Made by a program: the position numbers and the translations under genes
In this document: positions 45,033 to 54,786 of the stretch, piece after piece
Position numbering within the stretch: the first letter of the stretch is position 1
Layout of the letters: every line of letters begins with the position of its first letter
Notes under the pieces: model-generated
What the model was told of the DNA's origin: nothing
Database searches by the model: none
The model's input: only the letters and a program-made list of their open reading frames with translations
Source of the DNA: Verrucomicrobiota bacterium
GTDB taxonomy: Bacteria > Verrucomicrobiota > Verrucomicrobiia > Limisphaerales > UBA8199
Length of the DNA stretch: 64,000 nucleotides
Direction of reading: 5' to 3'
Assembly: GCA_035358715.1 (NCBI GenBank)
Contig: DAOPPX010000005.1
Coordinates: forward strand, 25-64,024

Positions 45033-45917
45033 ATGAATCTAAAACAACTTCTCTCACTGGGCTTGGGCTGCACAGTTGCCGGCCTGGCCGCCCCGCTGTC
45101 GCTGCGCGCCGAAACCACGATCCCCGACGCCTGCAAGACCGGCGGGTTTGCCATCGGCTGCCAGGCCTACACGTTCAACCGGTTCACGGTCTTTGAAGCC
45201 ATCGAAAAGACCGCCCAGGCCGGCGGCAAGGTTATTGAGTTCTACCCCGGCCAGAAGCTCAGCCGCGAGGAGCCAAACGTCACCTGGGACCACAACGCCT
45301 CCCCCGAGACCATCCGGAAGGTCAAGGACAAGCTTGCCGCCGCCAAGGTCACTGCCGTCAACTACGGCGTGGTCGGCATTCCCAAAGACGAAGCCGAGGC
45401 CCGCAAGATATTCGCGTTTGCCCGGACGCTGGGGCTGTATGCCGTCACCACCGAATCCGTCGAGGCGATTGACACCATCGAGAAGCTGGTCAAGGAATAC
45501 GACATCAAGGTCGGCTTCCACAACCACCCGAAGCGGGCCGACGACCCCGGTTACCGCATGTGGGATCCGAACTACGTCGTGTCGTTGGTCAAAAACCGGG
45601 ACGCGCGCATCGGGGCCAGCGCCGACAGCGGCCACTGGGTCCGCTCGAACCTGAACCCGGTGGATTGCCTGCGCGTTCTCAAGGGGCGGATTGTCAGCAG
45701 CCATCTGAAAGACTTGAACGAGATGGGCCCCGGCGCGCACGACATGCCGTTTGGCACCGGGGTTTCCGATATCCCCGGGCTCTTGAACGAGTTGAAGGCC
45801 CAGGGCTTCGCCGGCAACATCGCCATCGAATACGAATATCACTGGGACAACTCGACTCCTGAAGTCGGCCAGTGCATCGGCTTCGTCCGCGGCTACGGCG
45901 CGGCGCGGAAGTGGTAA
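45033..45917 (+). CDS. Sugar phosphate isomerase/epimerase (xylose-isomerase-like TIM barrel), secreted
   Basis: The protein has a signal peptide, then IGCQAYTFNRFTVFEAIEKTAQAGG...HNHP...SHLKD, a pattern typical of AP-endonuclease-2/TIM-barrel family proteins. Confidence 0.85.
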   Translation: MNLKQLLSLGLGCTVAGLAAPLSLRAETTIPDACKTGGFAIGCQAYTFNRFTVFEAIEKTAQAGGKVIEFYPGQKLSREEPNVTWDHNASPETIRKVKDKLAAAKVTAVNYGVVGIPKDEAEARKIFAFARTLGLYAVTTESVEAIDTIEKLVKEYDIKVGFHNHPKRADDPGYRMWDPNYVVSLVKNRDARIGASADSGHWVRSNLNPVDCLRVLKGRIVSSHLKDLNEMGPGAHDMPFGTGVSDIPGLLNELKAQGFAGNIAIEYEYHWDNSTPEVGQCIGFVRGYGAARKW

Positions 45918-46064
45918 TCCGCGTCCTGTAAGGCGGCGCCCCTGTTTCGACCGGGGCGGGGCGCGCCAGCCAGCCAGGAGCAACTGTCGAGAGCAGGAGA
46001 TTTGAGGAGCCTTCTCCGGGTCCCCTGCCTGCTCGCCGCACCCATCTCTTCTCAGATCTGCAAC

Positions 46065-46079
46065 TGGCACGAATGCTGC
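46065..46079 (+). promoter_or_regulatory. Possible sigma54 -24/-12 element TGGCACG-N4-CTGC
   Basis: tggcacgaatgctgc has the correct GG-to-GC spacing (12 nt) and one mismatch to TGGCACG-N4-TTGC. It lies about 80 nt upstream of the candidate sRNA element A. Confidence 0.3.
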
Positions 46080-46159
46080 GGCAAGATAAACAGTATTCTT
46101 TGGCAGACGCAGCGCGGGATTTGCCCTGCCCTGTTCGTGATCAGCGACTGAGAACTCGA

Positions 46160-46306
46160 ACTGTAAGTTGAACGATTAAGAGGAACCAGAAGCTGAGGTT
46201 GTGGCCGGCATGCCTTTAATGGACGTCGAAAGCAGCCCGCTTGTTCCAAATGTTGCAACCAGGTTCCGCAGAATAGTCGCACACGGCAACGGCGGGGTTT
46301 TTTTTG
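46160..46306 (+). ncRNA. Candidate small RNA / structured element, copy A (paralog of 57594-57740)
   Basis: Blocks conserved between the copies are GGTTGTGGCCG(G/A)CA(T/G)GCCTTTA(A/C)TGGA(C/A)GTCGAAAGCA and CACACGGCA(AC/CT)GGCGGGGTT, followed by a T-run (8 T). It is intergenic and lies 52 nt upstream of tRNA-His. Confidence 0.35.
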
Positions 46307-46358
46307 ATGTCAGCGGGCTTGACGCCAACCGTGCGGAAACCTACGTTAGTGGCCGGTT

Positions 46359-46437
46359 GGTGGCCGTAGCTCAGCCTGGTTAGAGCCCCAGATTGTGGAT
46401 CTGGCTGTCGCGGGTTCAAATCCCGTCGGCCACCCCA
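46359..46437 (+). tRNA. tRNA-His (anticodon GUG) with encoded G-1 and CCA
   Basis: Folded by hand: G-1, acceptor GTGGCCG/CGGCCAC, D stem GCTC/GAGC, anticodon stem CCAGA/TCTGG with loop TTGTGGA, T stem GCGGG/CCCGT with loop TTCAAAT, then discriminator C and CCA. Confidence 0.93.
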
Positions 46438-46607
46438 AACCCCCGCCCCTGCAACCTTCAACTGTCTGCAATACCGGCCCCAACTGCTCCAGCCATGTCA
46501 CAAATGCCTCCTGGGGCATGCCTGCCTTGACGCCCGAGCCGAACCGGCGGCCCCGGCTCTGCCCCGCACCATAACGCCAAAGCGCAACTCCCGCCTGCCT
46601 TCTACAT

Positions 46608-46664
46608 AGCTCCCACATGGCTCCCACATGGCTTAATAGAAAATCTATTAAGCCATGTGGGAGC
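46608..46664. repeat. Perfect 22-bp-stem / 3-nt-loop palindrome (46618-46664), preceded by a direct repeat of GCTCCCACATG
   Basis: ggctcccacatggcttaataga-aaa-tctattaagccatgtgggagcc was read directly. The centre is AT-rich within a GC-rich context. Confidence 0.9.
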
Positions 46665-46930
46665 CAGGTGGCATGGGGGCAGGTCGGGGCGCGGCCCCTG
46701 CCGGGTGATAGGGGCGAAACGCTCCCGGGAGGGCTGGGGACGGTTCCGGCCGGGCTTGGCGACTTGCGCCAGGGGCGGTTTTACACCGGGGGAAAGAGCC
46801 CGACACGCGTATCCGCACAAGTGCGGATTGACGGTATTGGCAGGCGGTTTCAGAGTGTAAGCATGCACACTGAGTGCGGTTCTTGGCGCGGACGCGATGC
46901 GCGATCACGCGCCCAAAGGCGCACAGGCGG

Positions 46931-47596
46931 ATGCTGAAAATGAATAGACTAACCGTTCCCCTGCGGCGAAGCGCCGCTGCCCCTGTTATGTTTCGAGATA
47001 TCCCTTCGTTCCTTCTGGCCTTGTCCAGCCTGACTGCGAGCGCGTTGCTTGCCGCTTACCCGCCGGTGGTCCACGCCGCCGATGGCTTGCCCGTCAAAGA
47101 GTCCGGCGCTCGGCTGTCCCAGGTTCAGACAGCATACGGCGAACCGCAGGGCCGTCAGATGCGTCGCTACCAGGCCTTCGCCCGCAACGCGGAACTGCCG
47201 CAGATTATGGTTAGAGACCAGACCACGATCGAGGTTGGTGAGATCCTCAAGGTTGATGCCTCTCGGCTGGCTAAACTCTCGATCCGCGAGGTGGAATCGC
47301 TGGCTGGCCAGTTCGGGGTCCCGGCGGCCCTCATCACCAGGCTGGCGCAGCGCGTTTCCCCGACTCCACCCCCCGACGCTGCGCAGTTTGCCCGCGAACT
47401 CCGCACGGCGGTGATTGACCACAGATTCCTCCAAGGCGAGTGGGGCCGATATCATCCGGGCGTCGAAGGCCAGCCGACCAGGGCCGCCGCCCTTGAGGCC
47501 CTGCAAGCCGGCGACATTCCCAAAGCCTGGGCCCTGTACGACAGCTTAAGCAGGCCACAGCCGCCCGGAAATCTTCGAGTTGTCACGGTGCCGTAA
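46931..47596 (+). CDS. Hypothetical secreted protein
   Basis: A signal-like N-terminus is present (MLKMNRLTVPLRR...FLLALSSLTASALLAAYPPVVHA). I recognise no family. Confidence 0.6.
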   Translation: MLKMNRLTVPLRRSAAAPVMFRDIPSFLLALSSLTASALLAAYPPVVHAADGLPVKESGARLSQVQTAYGEPQGRQMRRYQAFARNAELPQIMVRDQTTIEVGEILKVDASRLAKLSIREVESLAGQFGVPAALITRLAQRVSPTPPPDAAQFARELRTAVIDHRFLQGEWGRYHPGVEGQPTRAAALEALQAGDIPKAWALYDSLSRPQPPGNLRVVTVP

Positions 47597-47683
47597 GCCG
47601 CCGACTGCGGCTGACACACCGGGGCGGCTCGTGGGGCTGTTTCCGGAACGGAGGGGTAAGGTTCTGGGCAGGACGCACCGGGC

Positions 47684-48148
47684 TCACACCTCGCCCTGGA
47701 AGCCCTGCTGCCTCAACGCTTCGAACAGCACCAGCGCCACACAGTTCGACAGGTTCAACGACCGGGCCCGCGCATGGAACATCGGGATGCGCAGCCAGTG
47801 ATCGGGGCTTTCGTGCAGGAGCTTCTTGGGCAGGCCGGCCGTTTCGCGGCCAAAGACAAGATAATCCTCAGGCGCGAAGCTGGCTTGGGTGTAAAGCCGC
47901 GGGCCGTTCGATTCCACAAGCCAGAGGCGCGCGCCTTTGGGGAGCGCCTGCCGGAATGCCGTCCAGTCCGGCCAGCGATGCCACCGGACGTGCTGCCAGT
48001 AATCCATGCCGGCGCGCCGGAGGTGCGCGTCGTCCAGCTTGAACCCGAACGGTTCGACCAGGTGCAGCGTGCTCCTGGTGGCGGCACATAGCCGCGCCAC
48101 ATTGCCCGTGTTAGGCGGGATTTCCGGTTCGAGCAGAACCACGTGCAT
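47684..48148 (-). CDS. trmL: tRNA (cytidine/uridine-2'-O-)-methyltransferase TrmL (SpoU/TrmH family)
   Basis: MHVVLLEPEIPPNTGNVARLCAAT... is present, the protein is 154 aa, and the C-terminal SPOUT knot motifs are present. Confidence 0.9.
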   Translation of the reverse strand: MHVVLLEPEIPPNTGNVARLCAATRSTLHLVEPFGFKLDDAHLRRAGMDYWQHVRWHRWPDWTAFRQALPKGARLWLVESNGPRLYTQASFAPEDYLVFGRETAGLPKKLLHESPDHWLRIPMFHARARSLNLSNCVALVLFEALRQQGFQGEV

Positions 48149-48151
48149 ATT

Positions 48152-48997
48152 CTACGCCCCGGGCGGGCGGGCGGGGTCGCGCCCACTTGCCCGCCTCGAG
48201 GAGCGGAGCCTTGCTTGCCTGCCGTCCCCTTTGACCCGTTTCCGGCGATAGTGCACTTTCCACAACACCAGCCCGTGGGCCGGCGCGGTCATGCCTGCGA
48301 CGCGGCGATCCCGCCGGGCAAGCATCCGCCGCACTTCATCGGCCGGGAATTTGCCCAGGCCCACCTGCACCAGCGTCCCCGCAATGCCGCGGCACATCTT
48401 GTAGAGAAACCCATCCCCCTCGATGATAAAGGTCAGCAGCGGCCCCTTCTTCCTGAGCCGGCAGCGCGTCAGCGTGCGGACGGTGGACTCCCTGGCGTAG
48501 CCCGGGTTGGCGGCGAAGGATTGGAAATCATGTTTCCCCACCAACCCTGGCGCGGCGGCCCGCATTGCGCGCAAGTCGAGCGGACGCGGCACATGCCACG
48601 CTGTGTGCCGGACCAGGGGATTCATCGCCGGGTGGTTCCATACGAAGTAGCGATACTCCTTGCCCGCGGCGTCGAACCGCGCGTGAAATCGCTGTGGAGC
48701 GCGGGCGGCGGACAGCACGCGAACGTCCTCCGGCAGCCAGGCGTTGATCGCCAGGGCGAGCTTGCGCGCGGACATCCGGCACTCGGCGCGCGGCGCTTCA
48801 AAGTGCGCCACCATGCCCAGTGCATGCACGCCCGTGTCGGTGCGGCTGGAGCCGTGCACGCGGGGCCGGCTGGGGAAAAGCTTCGCCAGCGCCGCCTCCA
48901 CCTTCTCCTGCACGCCGGTGCCGATCTTCTGCACCTGCCAGCCTTCGTAGGCGGTGCCGTCGTAGGCGATGGTCAGTTTGAACTTCAACGATTCCAT
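48152..48997 (-). CDS. truA: tRNA pseudouridine(38-40) synthase TruA
   Basis: KLTIAYDGTAYEGWQVQ and the catalytic motif RTDTGVHA are present. Confidence 0.92.
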   Translation of the reverse strand: MESLKFKLTIAYDGTAYEGWQVQKIGTGVQEKVEAALAKLFPSRPRVHGSSRTDTGVHALGMVAHFEAPRAECRMSARKLALAINAWLPEDVRVLSAARAPQRFHARFDAAGKEYRYFVWNHPAMNPLVRHTAWHVPRPLDLRAMRAAAPGLVGKHDFQSFAANPGYARESTVRTLTRCRLRKKGPLLTFIIEGDGFLYKMCRGIAGTLVQVGLGKFPADEVRRMLARRDRRVAGMTAPAHGLVLWKVHYRRKRVKGDGRQARLRSSRRASGRDPARPPGA

Positions 48998-49075
48998 AGG
49001 GTGGGGCGTGGGGCGCGGGGCGTGATGCGTGTCAACTGGCGGCGGCGGCGCGCAACACGGAACACGCGCGAGTCA

Positions 49076-49489
49076 TTACGTTGCCAGACCGTCCAGGTAG
49101 CTTTGCAAGAGGATCGCGGCTGCCATCTTGTCCACCTTCTCCTTGCGTTTGTCCCGCCGGACGTTGCCCTGGATGAGGAGGCGATTGGCCTGCACCGAGG
49201 TAAGCCGCTCATCCCAGGTCCGTATCGGCACGGTGACGTTGCTCTTCAGCGCGGCGATGAATTCCTGCACCTTCTGTGCGGCTGGGCCGTGGCTGCCGTC
49301 CATGTTCCGCGGCAGGCCGACGAGGATCAGCTCCACCTCCTTTGCTTCCAGCAGTTGCTGAAGCCGCGCCAGGAAGTCAGCGAACGGTTCCGCAGGAATG
49401 AACTCCAGCGGCTGGGCGATCATCTTGAGCTCATCGCTGACGGCGATGCCTATCCGCCGGCTGCCGTGGTCTATCGCAAGAATGCGCAT
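49076..49489 (-). CDS. ruvX: Putative pre-16S rRNA nuclease / Holliday junction resolvase-like YqgF (RuvX)
   Basis: MRILAIDHGSRRIGIAVSD is present, giving 137 aa from the ATG at 49489. Confidence 0.9.
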   Translation of the reverse strand: MRILAIDHGSRRIGIAVSDELKMIAQPLEFIPAEPFADFLARLQQLLEAKEVELILVGLPRNMDGSHGPAAQKVQEFIAALKSNVTVPIRTWDERLTSVQANRLLIQGNVRRDKRKEKVDKMAAAILLQSYLDGLAT

Positions 49490-49558
49490 GCGGCCATCTT
49501 GCCGCAAACGGGCGCCCAGGCCACTAACAAAAACCGGCCTGCGCGACCCTCCGGGCCG

Positions 49559-50845
<1,287 letters not shown>

Positions 50846-50991
50846 GGGGGGTATTCTCAGAAGCGCCCGCCCAACGGTCGAGGGCAAAAGCGCGTCCGGA
50901 CGTTCAGATCGGCCATTTTGCGCATTGTTTTATGCGGGGGCGCTGTTTTATGCTGGTGCTGTGGCAAGGGCCGCCCGCCGCCACTTTGGAC

Positions 50992-52365
50992 ATGACTCCG
51001 ACATTGCTGATAGTAGATGACGAGAAGACGACGCGCGAGGGATTGCGCGCGGCGCTCGAGCATCGCTACGACGTGTACCTGGCCGAGGACGCCAAGGCGG
51101 CGATGGAGTTGCTGGAGTCCGACCACTTCGATGTGCTGCTGACCGATTTCCGGCTGCCGACCGAGGACGGGATGAAGCTGATTGCGCGGGCCAAGTCGCT
51201 GTCCAAGCCGCCAATCTGCATCCTGATGACCGCCTACGGATCTGAGGAACTGGCCGTCGAAGCGATGAAGCACGGGGCCGACGATTACATCGCCAAGGGG
51301 CGGCTGCAGATTGACGAGCTGGAGATGCGGATCACCAACGCGTTGCGCCGGCAGGTGCTCGAGGCGGAAAACGTGGCCCTGCGCCAGCAGCTCGACACCA
51401 AGTTCGGTTTGCAGAACCTGATAGGCGAATCACCGGCCATGAGAGAGGTGTTCGAGGTGGTGCAACAGGTGGCGCCGACGCGGGCGACGGTGCTGTTGCT
51501 GGGCGAGAGCGGGACGGGCAAGGAGATGGTCGCCAAGGCAATTCATCAGCTCAGCCCCCGCGCCCAGCAGCCCATGGTGGCGGTGCATTGCGCGGCGCTT
51601 TCGCCGACGCTGCTGGAGAGCGAGCTATTCGGCCACGAGAAAGGCGCCTTCACGGGCGCGTATGAACGGCGCCTTGGCCGCTTCGAGCAGGCGCAGGGCG
51701 GCACGCTGTTTCTGGACGAGATCGGCGAGATTGACGCTACCATCCAGGTCAAGCTGCTGCGCTTCCTGGGCGAACGGACGTTCGAGCGGGTCGGCTCGAA
51801 CAAGACGCTGAGCGCCGATGTGCGGCTGGTGGCCGCGACAAACCAGAACCTCGAAGCGCAGGTCAAGGCGGGCGCGTTTCGCGAGGACCTCTACTTCCGC
51901 CTGCGGGTGGTGGAACTCCGGCTGCCGCCTTTGCGCGAACGGTTGGAAGACATCCCCTTGCTGGCGCGGGCGTTTCAGAGCGAGCTCAGCCGGGAGAACG
52001 GGAAGCCGCTCAAGGGCTTCACCGCCGAGGCTTTTGACGCGCTGATGCGGCACCAATGGCCGGGGAATGTGCGTGAACTGCGCACCGCCATCGAGCACGC
52101 CGTGATCCTGTGCCGGGGCGAGAAGATCACCCTGCGCGATTTGCCGGCGGCGCTGCGCGAGGTGGTCAACCAGGCGCCGGATGAAAAGGACGTCAGACGG
52201 CTGGTCGCGCGCAATGGTCTGACGGCCAAAGAGGTCGAGCGGGAGCTCATCATTCACACCTTGAAAGCAACCAATGGGAACCGTACACTGGCCGCCAAGA
52301 GACTGGGTATGAGCAGGCGAAACTTCCATCGTAAGTTGCATCTGCACCACCTCGAGGAAATCTGA
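50992..52365 (+). CDS. Sigma54-dependent response regulator (NtrC family: REC + AAA+ + Fis-type HTH)
   Basis: The receiver is LLIVDDE...LLTDFRLP. Walker A is GESGTGKE, the GAFTGA motif (EKGAFTGA) is present, and the C-terminal HTH is NRTLAAKRLGMSRRNFHRKL. Confidence 0.92.
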   Translation: MTPTLLIVDDEKTTREGLRAALEHRYDVYLAEDAKAAMELLESDHFDVLLTDFRLPTEDGMKLIARAKSLSKPPICILMTAYGSEELAVEAMKHGADDYIAKGRLQIDELEMRITNALRRQVLEAENVALRQQLDTKFGLQNLIGESPAMREVFEVVQQVAPTRATVLLLGESGTGKEMVAKAIHQLSPRAQQPMVAVHCAALSPTLLESELFGHEKGAFTGAYERRLGRFEQAQGGTLFLDEIGEIDATIQVKLLRFLGERTFERVGSNKTLSADVRLVAATNQNLEAQVKAGAFREDLYFRLRVVELRLPPLRERLEDIPLLARAFQSELSRENGKPLKGFTAEAFDALMRHQWPGNVRELRTAIEHAVILCRGEKITLRDLPAALREVVNQAPDEKDVRRLVARNGLTAKEVERELIIHTLKATNGNRTLAAKRLGMSRRNFHRKLHLHHLEEI

Positions 52366-52367
52366 AT

Positions 52368-54206
52368 ATGCCATTACTGCAGGACTTATTGCACAAGCTG
52401 GAGGTGGGGGCCGGCATGCGGTATCTGCGCATGGGGCTTGTCCTCATGGCGGTGGTGTTGCTGGCGGTGATTTACAACTGGCGTGGTTACAAGAACATGG
52501 CCACACAGGAAGCGATGGACTCGGCGCAACTGGCTCGCAACATTGCCGAGGGAAAGGGTTATACCACTCTGTTCATTCGTCCCTTCAGCATGTACTTGGT
52601 CAAACAGCGCAGCCTGGAGAAGGGGGAAATGCCAAGACTCGGCGAAGTCGCCGACCTGACCCGGATCAAGGAAACGCACCCGGATCTGGCCAACCCGCCG
52701 GGCTACCCGGTAGTGCTGGCGGGACTATTGAAGGTGCTGCAACCGGATTACGCCGTTTCAACCACCAAACCTTTCTGGAGCGACAACAGGCGGTTCTGGC
52801 GCTACAAACCCGACTTCGTCATCACCCTGTTCAACCAGTGCTTGTTCCTGGCGGCCATACCGCTGGTGTTTTTTCTGGCTCGACGCCTGTTTGATCCCGG
52901 GGTGGCCTGGCTTTCGGCTGGCCTGCTGCTGGGCACGGAACTGTTTTGGCGGTTCAGCGTCTCAGGGTTATCCACGATGCTGCTGCTGCTCATCTTCCTC
53001 GGGCTGGTCTGGTGCATCGTTCTGCTCGAACACGAGGTGCGCACCCCGAAATGGGGACCTCTCGGCGTATTCGTCCTGGCCGGCCTGACAGGCGCGATGG
53101 TCGGGGCCGGCGGGTTGACGCGCTACGCGTTCGGCTGGTTGATCCTTCCCGTCATGGTATTCCTGATTCTGTTTGGCGGACAGCGGCGGATTGCGCTGGC
53201 CCTGGCCGCTTTGGCGGTGTTTGCGGCCGTCATGACACCGTGGGTGATCCGGAATTATGAGGTCAGCGGCGCCCCCTTCGGCACCGCCACCTACTCGGTG
53301 GTGGAAACCACCCTTCTATACCCCGAAAACCGTCTCCAGCGCTCCCTGGAGCCGGACTTCAGCCGCCTCTACTTGATGGCCTTCTGGCTCAAAATCAGCT
53401 ACAACCTCCGCCAGATCGTCGCCAACGATCTGCCCCGGCTCGGTGGCAGTTGGATCACGGGCTTCTTTCTGGTCGGACTGCTCGTCGGTTTTCGCAACCC
53501 CGCAGTCAGGCGCTTGCGTTACTTCCTGTTGGGGTGCCTGGCGGTGCTGTGCCTGGCGCAGGGATTGGGTCGAACCGCGCTTTCCGAAGAGTCACCCGAG
53601 ATTAACTCCGAGAACCTGCTCGTGCTGGTCGCGCCCTTGGTGTTGGTCTATGGCGTCAGTCTGTTCTTCCTGCTGCTTGAGCAGGTACGTTTGCCGTTCC
53701 ACCAAATGCGCTATCTGGTTATCGCCATCTTCAGCCTGGTGGCTTGCCTGCCGATGCTTTTCGTGTTTCTGCCTCCCAAGACCAATCCCGTCGCTTACCC
53801 GCCCTATTACCCGCCCGCCATCCAGACGATCGCCGGCTGGCTGAAAGAAGAGGAACTGGCGATGAGCGATATCCCCTGGGCGATGGCGTGGTACGGCCAG
53901 CGGCAATGTGTCTGGCTGACATTGAACTGCACCGCTGAAGCGAAGACCTCGAGCACCGGGGAGAGCTTCTTCGCCATTAACGACTATCACAAACAAATCA
54001 ATGCCCTTTACCTGACCCCGCGGACCATGGACGCTCGTTTCCTGACCCAATGGATTCGCGCGGGCGAGCAGAGCTGGGGCAATTTCATCCTGGAGAGCAT
54101 GTTGAAGAAGAAGGTCCCGGCGTATTTCCCGCTCAGCGAATCGCAATCCGGCTGGCTGCCCGAACAACTGGTGCTGACTGACTGGCAGCGCTGGCGCAAG
54201 CCTTAG
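52368..54206 (+). CDS. GT-C fold membrane glycosyltransferase (ArnT/PMT, GT39/83-like)
   Basis: The 612-aa polytopic membrane protein has the N-terminal loop motif QEAMDSAQLARNIAEGKGYTT, resembling the DE..A..A..I..G motif of ArnT/PMT enzymes. It starts 3 nt after the regulator stop. Confidence 0.7.
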   Translation: MPLLQDLLHKLEVGAGMRYLRMGLVLMAVVLLAVIYNWRGYKNMATQEAMDSAQLARNIAEGKGYTTLFIRPFSMYLVKQRSLEKGEMPRLGEVADLTRIKETHPDLANPPGYPVVLAGLLKVLQPDYAVSTTKPFWSDNRRFWRYKPDFVITLFNQCLFLAAIPLVFFLARRLFDPGVAWLSAGLLLGTELFWRFSVSGLSTMLLLLIFLGLVWCIVLLEHEVRTPKWGPLGVFVLAGLTGAMVGAGGLTRYAFGWLILPVMVFLILFGGQRRIALALAALAVFAAVMTPWVIRNYEVSGAPFGTATYSVVETTLLYPENRLQRSLEPDFSRLYLMAFWLKISYNLRQIVANDLPRLGGSWITGFFLVGLLVGFRNPAVRRLRYFLLGCLAVLCLAQGLGRTALSEESPEINSENLLVLVAPLVLVYGVSLFFLLLEQVRLPFHQMRYLVIAIFSLVACLPMLFVFLPPKTNPVAYPPYYPPAIQTIAGWLKEEELAMSDIPWAMAWYGQRQCVWLTLNCTAEAKTSSTGESFFAINDYHKQINALYLTPRTMDARFLTQWIRAGEQSWGNFILESMLKKKVPAYFPLSESQSGWLPEQLVLTDWQRWRKP

Positions 54207-54267
54207 CGGCCCCTCCCGCGTTCCTGGCGCGGTTGACAGCCCCCGGACAAGCCTTGATTATAGGCGC

Positions 54268-54693
54268 ATGAGCGAGATCATCTATCCCCGGAGTCCCCGC
54301 GAAGTGATGTGCGGCTGGATGCACCTGCCGCGGTTCATTGACAAGACCCGGCTCCACCTGGCAGGCAAGCTGCACCCCGACTACCAGCCCAATTACTGCA
54401 AAGGCTTTGACGCCCTGTGGCTGGAGAGCGCCGGCGTCCAAGCCCAGCAGTTCATCGAGGTGGTGCGCAACAGCATCACGGATGGCGAGGTCTGCGACTG
54501 GGTGCGCAAGAACGTGCAGAAGCCGGAGCCCATCAAAGCCGCCCACCGCGAGCGGATGCTTAATTATCCAAGGAAGGACGATGCGGAAATGCAGGCGCGC
54601 CTGAAGATGCGCAAAGAACAGGCGGGACTCGGCCACCGCGACGACATCCAGTCCTTTGTGGACTTCATTGACGCTGACGAGAAGCGGATTTGA
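54268..54693 (+). CDS. Small conserved hypothetical protein (DUF5069-like, tentative)
   Basis: The 141-aa protein has the N-terminus YPRSPREVMCGWMHLPRFIDKTRLHLAGKLHPDY. The family assignment is from memory only. Confidence 0.6.
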   Translation: MSEIIYPRSPREVMCGWMHLPRFIDKTRLHLAGKLHPDYQPNYCKGFDALWLESAGVQAQQFIEVVRNSITDGEVCDWVRKNVQKPEPIKAAHRERMLNYPRKDDAEMQARLKMRKEQAGLGHRDDIQSFVDFIDADEKRI

Positions 54694-54786
54694 GCGCAAC
54701 GCCGGCTTGGGCGGCTGTTCTCGCGCTCACAAGACAACATCACAAGCCCGCAGCAGAAGGGAGTCAAGGTCCAGCCGCCGGGCTGG

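Noticed and set aside
46160-46306. Identification of the paralogous elements as SRP (4.5S) RNA or RNase P RNA because of GTCGAAAGCAGCC / GGAAGTCGAAAGC similarity.
   Set aside because: The expected helix around a GNRA loop (UCC-GGAA-GGA in SRP) cannot be formed, and RNase P is about 350-400 nt with additional conserved blocks that are absent here.
46201-46383. 60-aa ORF (GTG start) covering sRNA candidate A and running into tRNA-His. The minus-strand ORFs 46052-46282 and 57578-57769 share ...CFR(R/L)P(L/V)KACRPQP(Q/R)L.
   Set aside because: Conservation is seen in every frame because the DNA itself is conserved. The ORFs differ in length and stop position between copies (copy B plus frame stops after 19 codons) and overlap a tRNA or terminator. 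Non-coding is more parsimonious.
46438-46930. A genomic islet integrated at the tRNA-His 3' end (reading ...GMPQEAFVTWLEQLGPVLQ... on the minus strand as an integrase or transposase remnant).
   Set aside because: There is no recognisable integrase or transposase motif and no direct repeat of the tRNA 3' end. Only the palindrome at 46618-46664 is solid, and it is reported separately.
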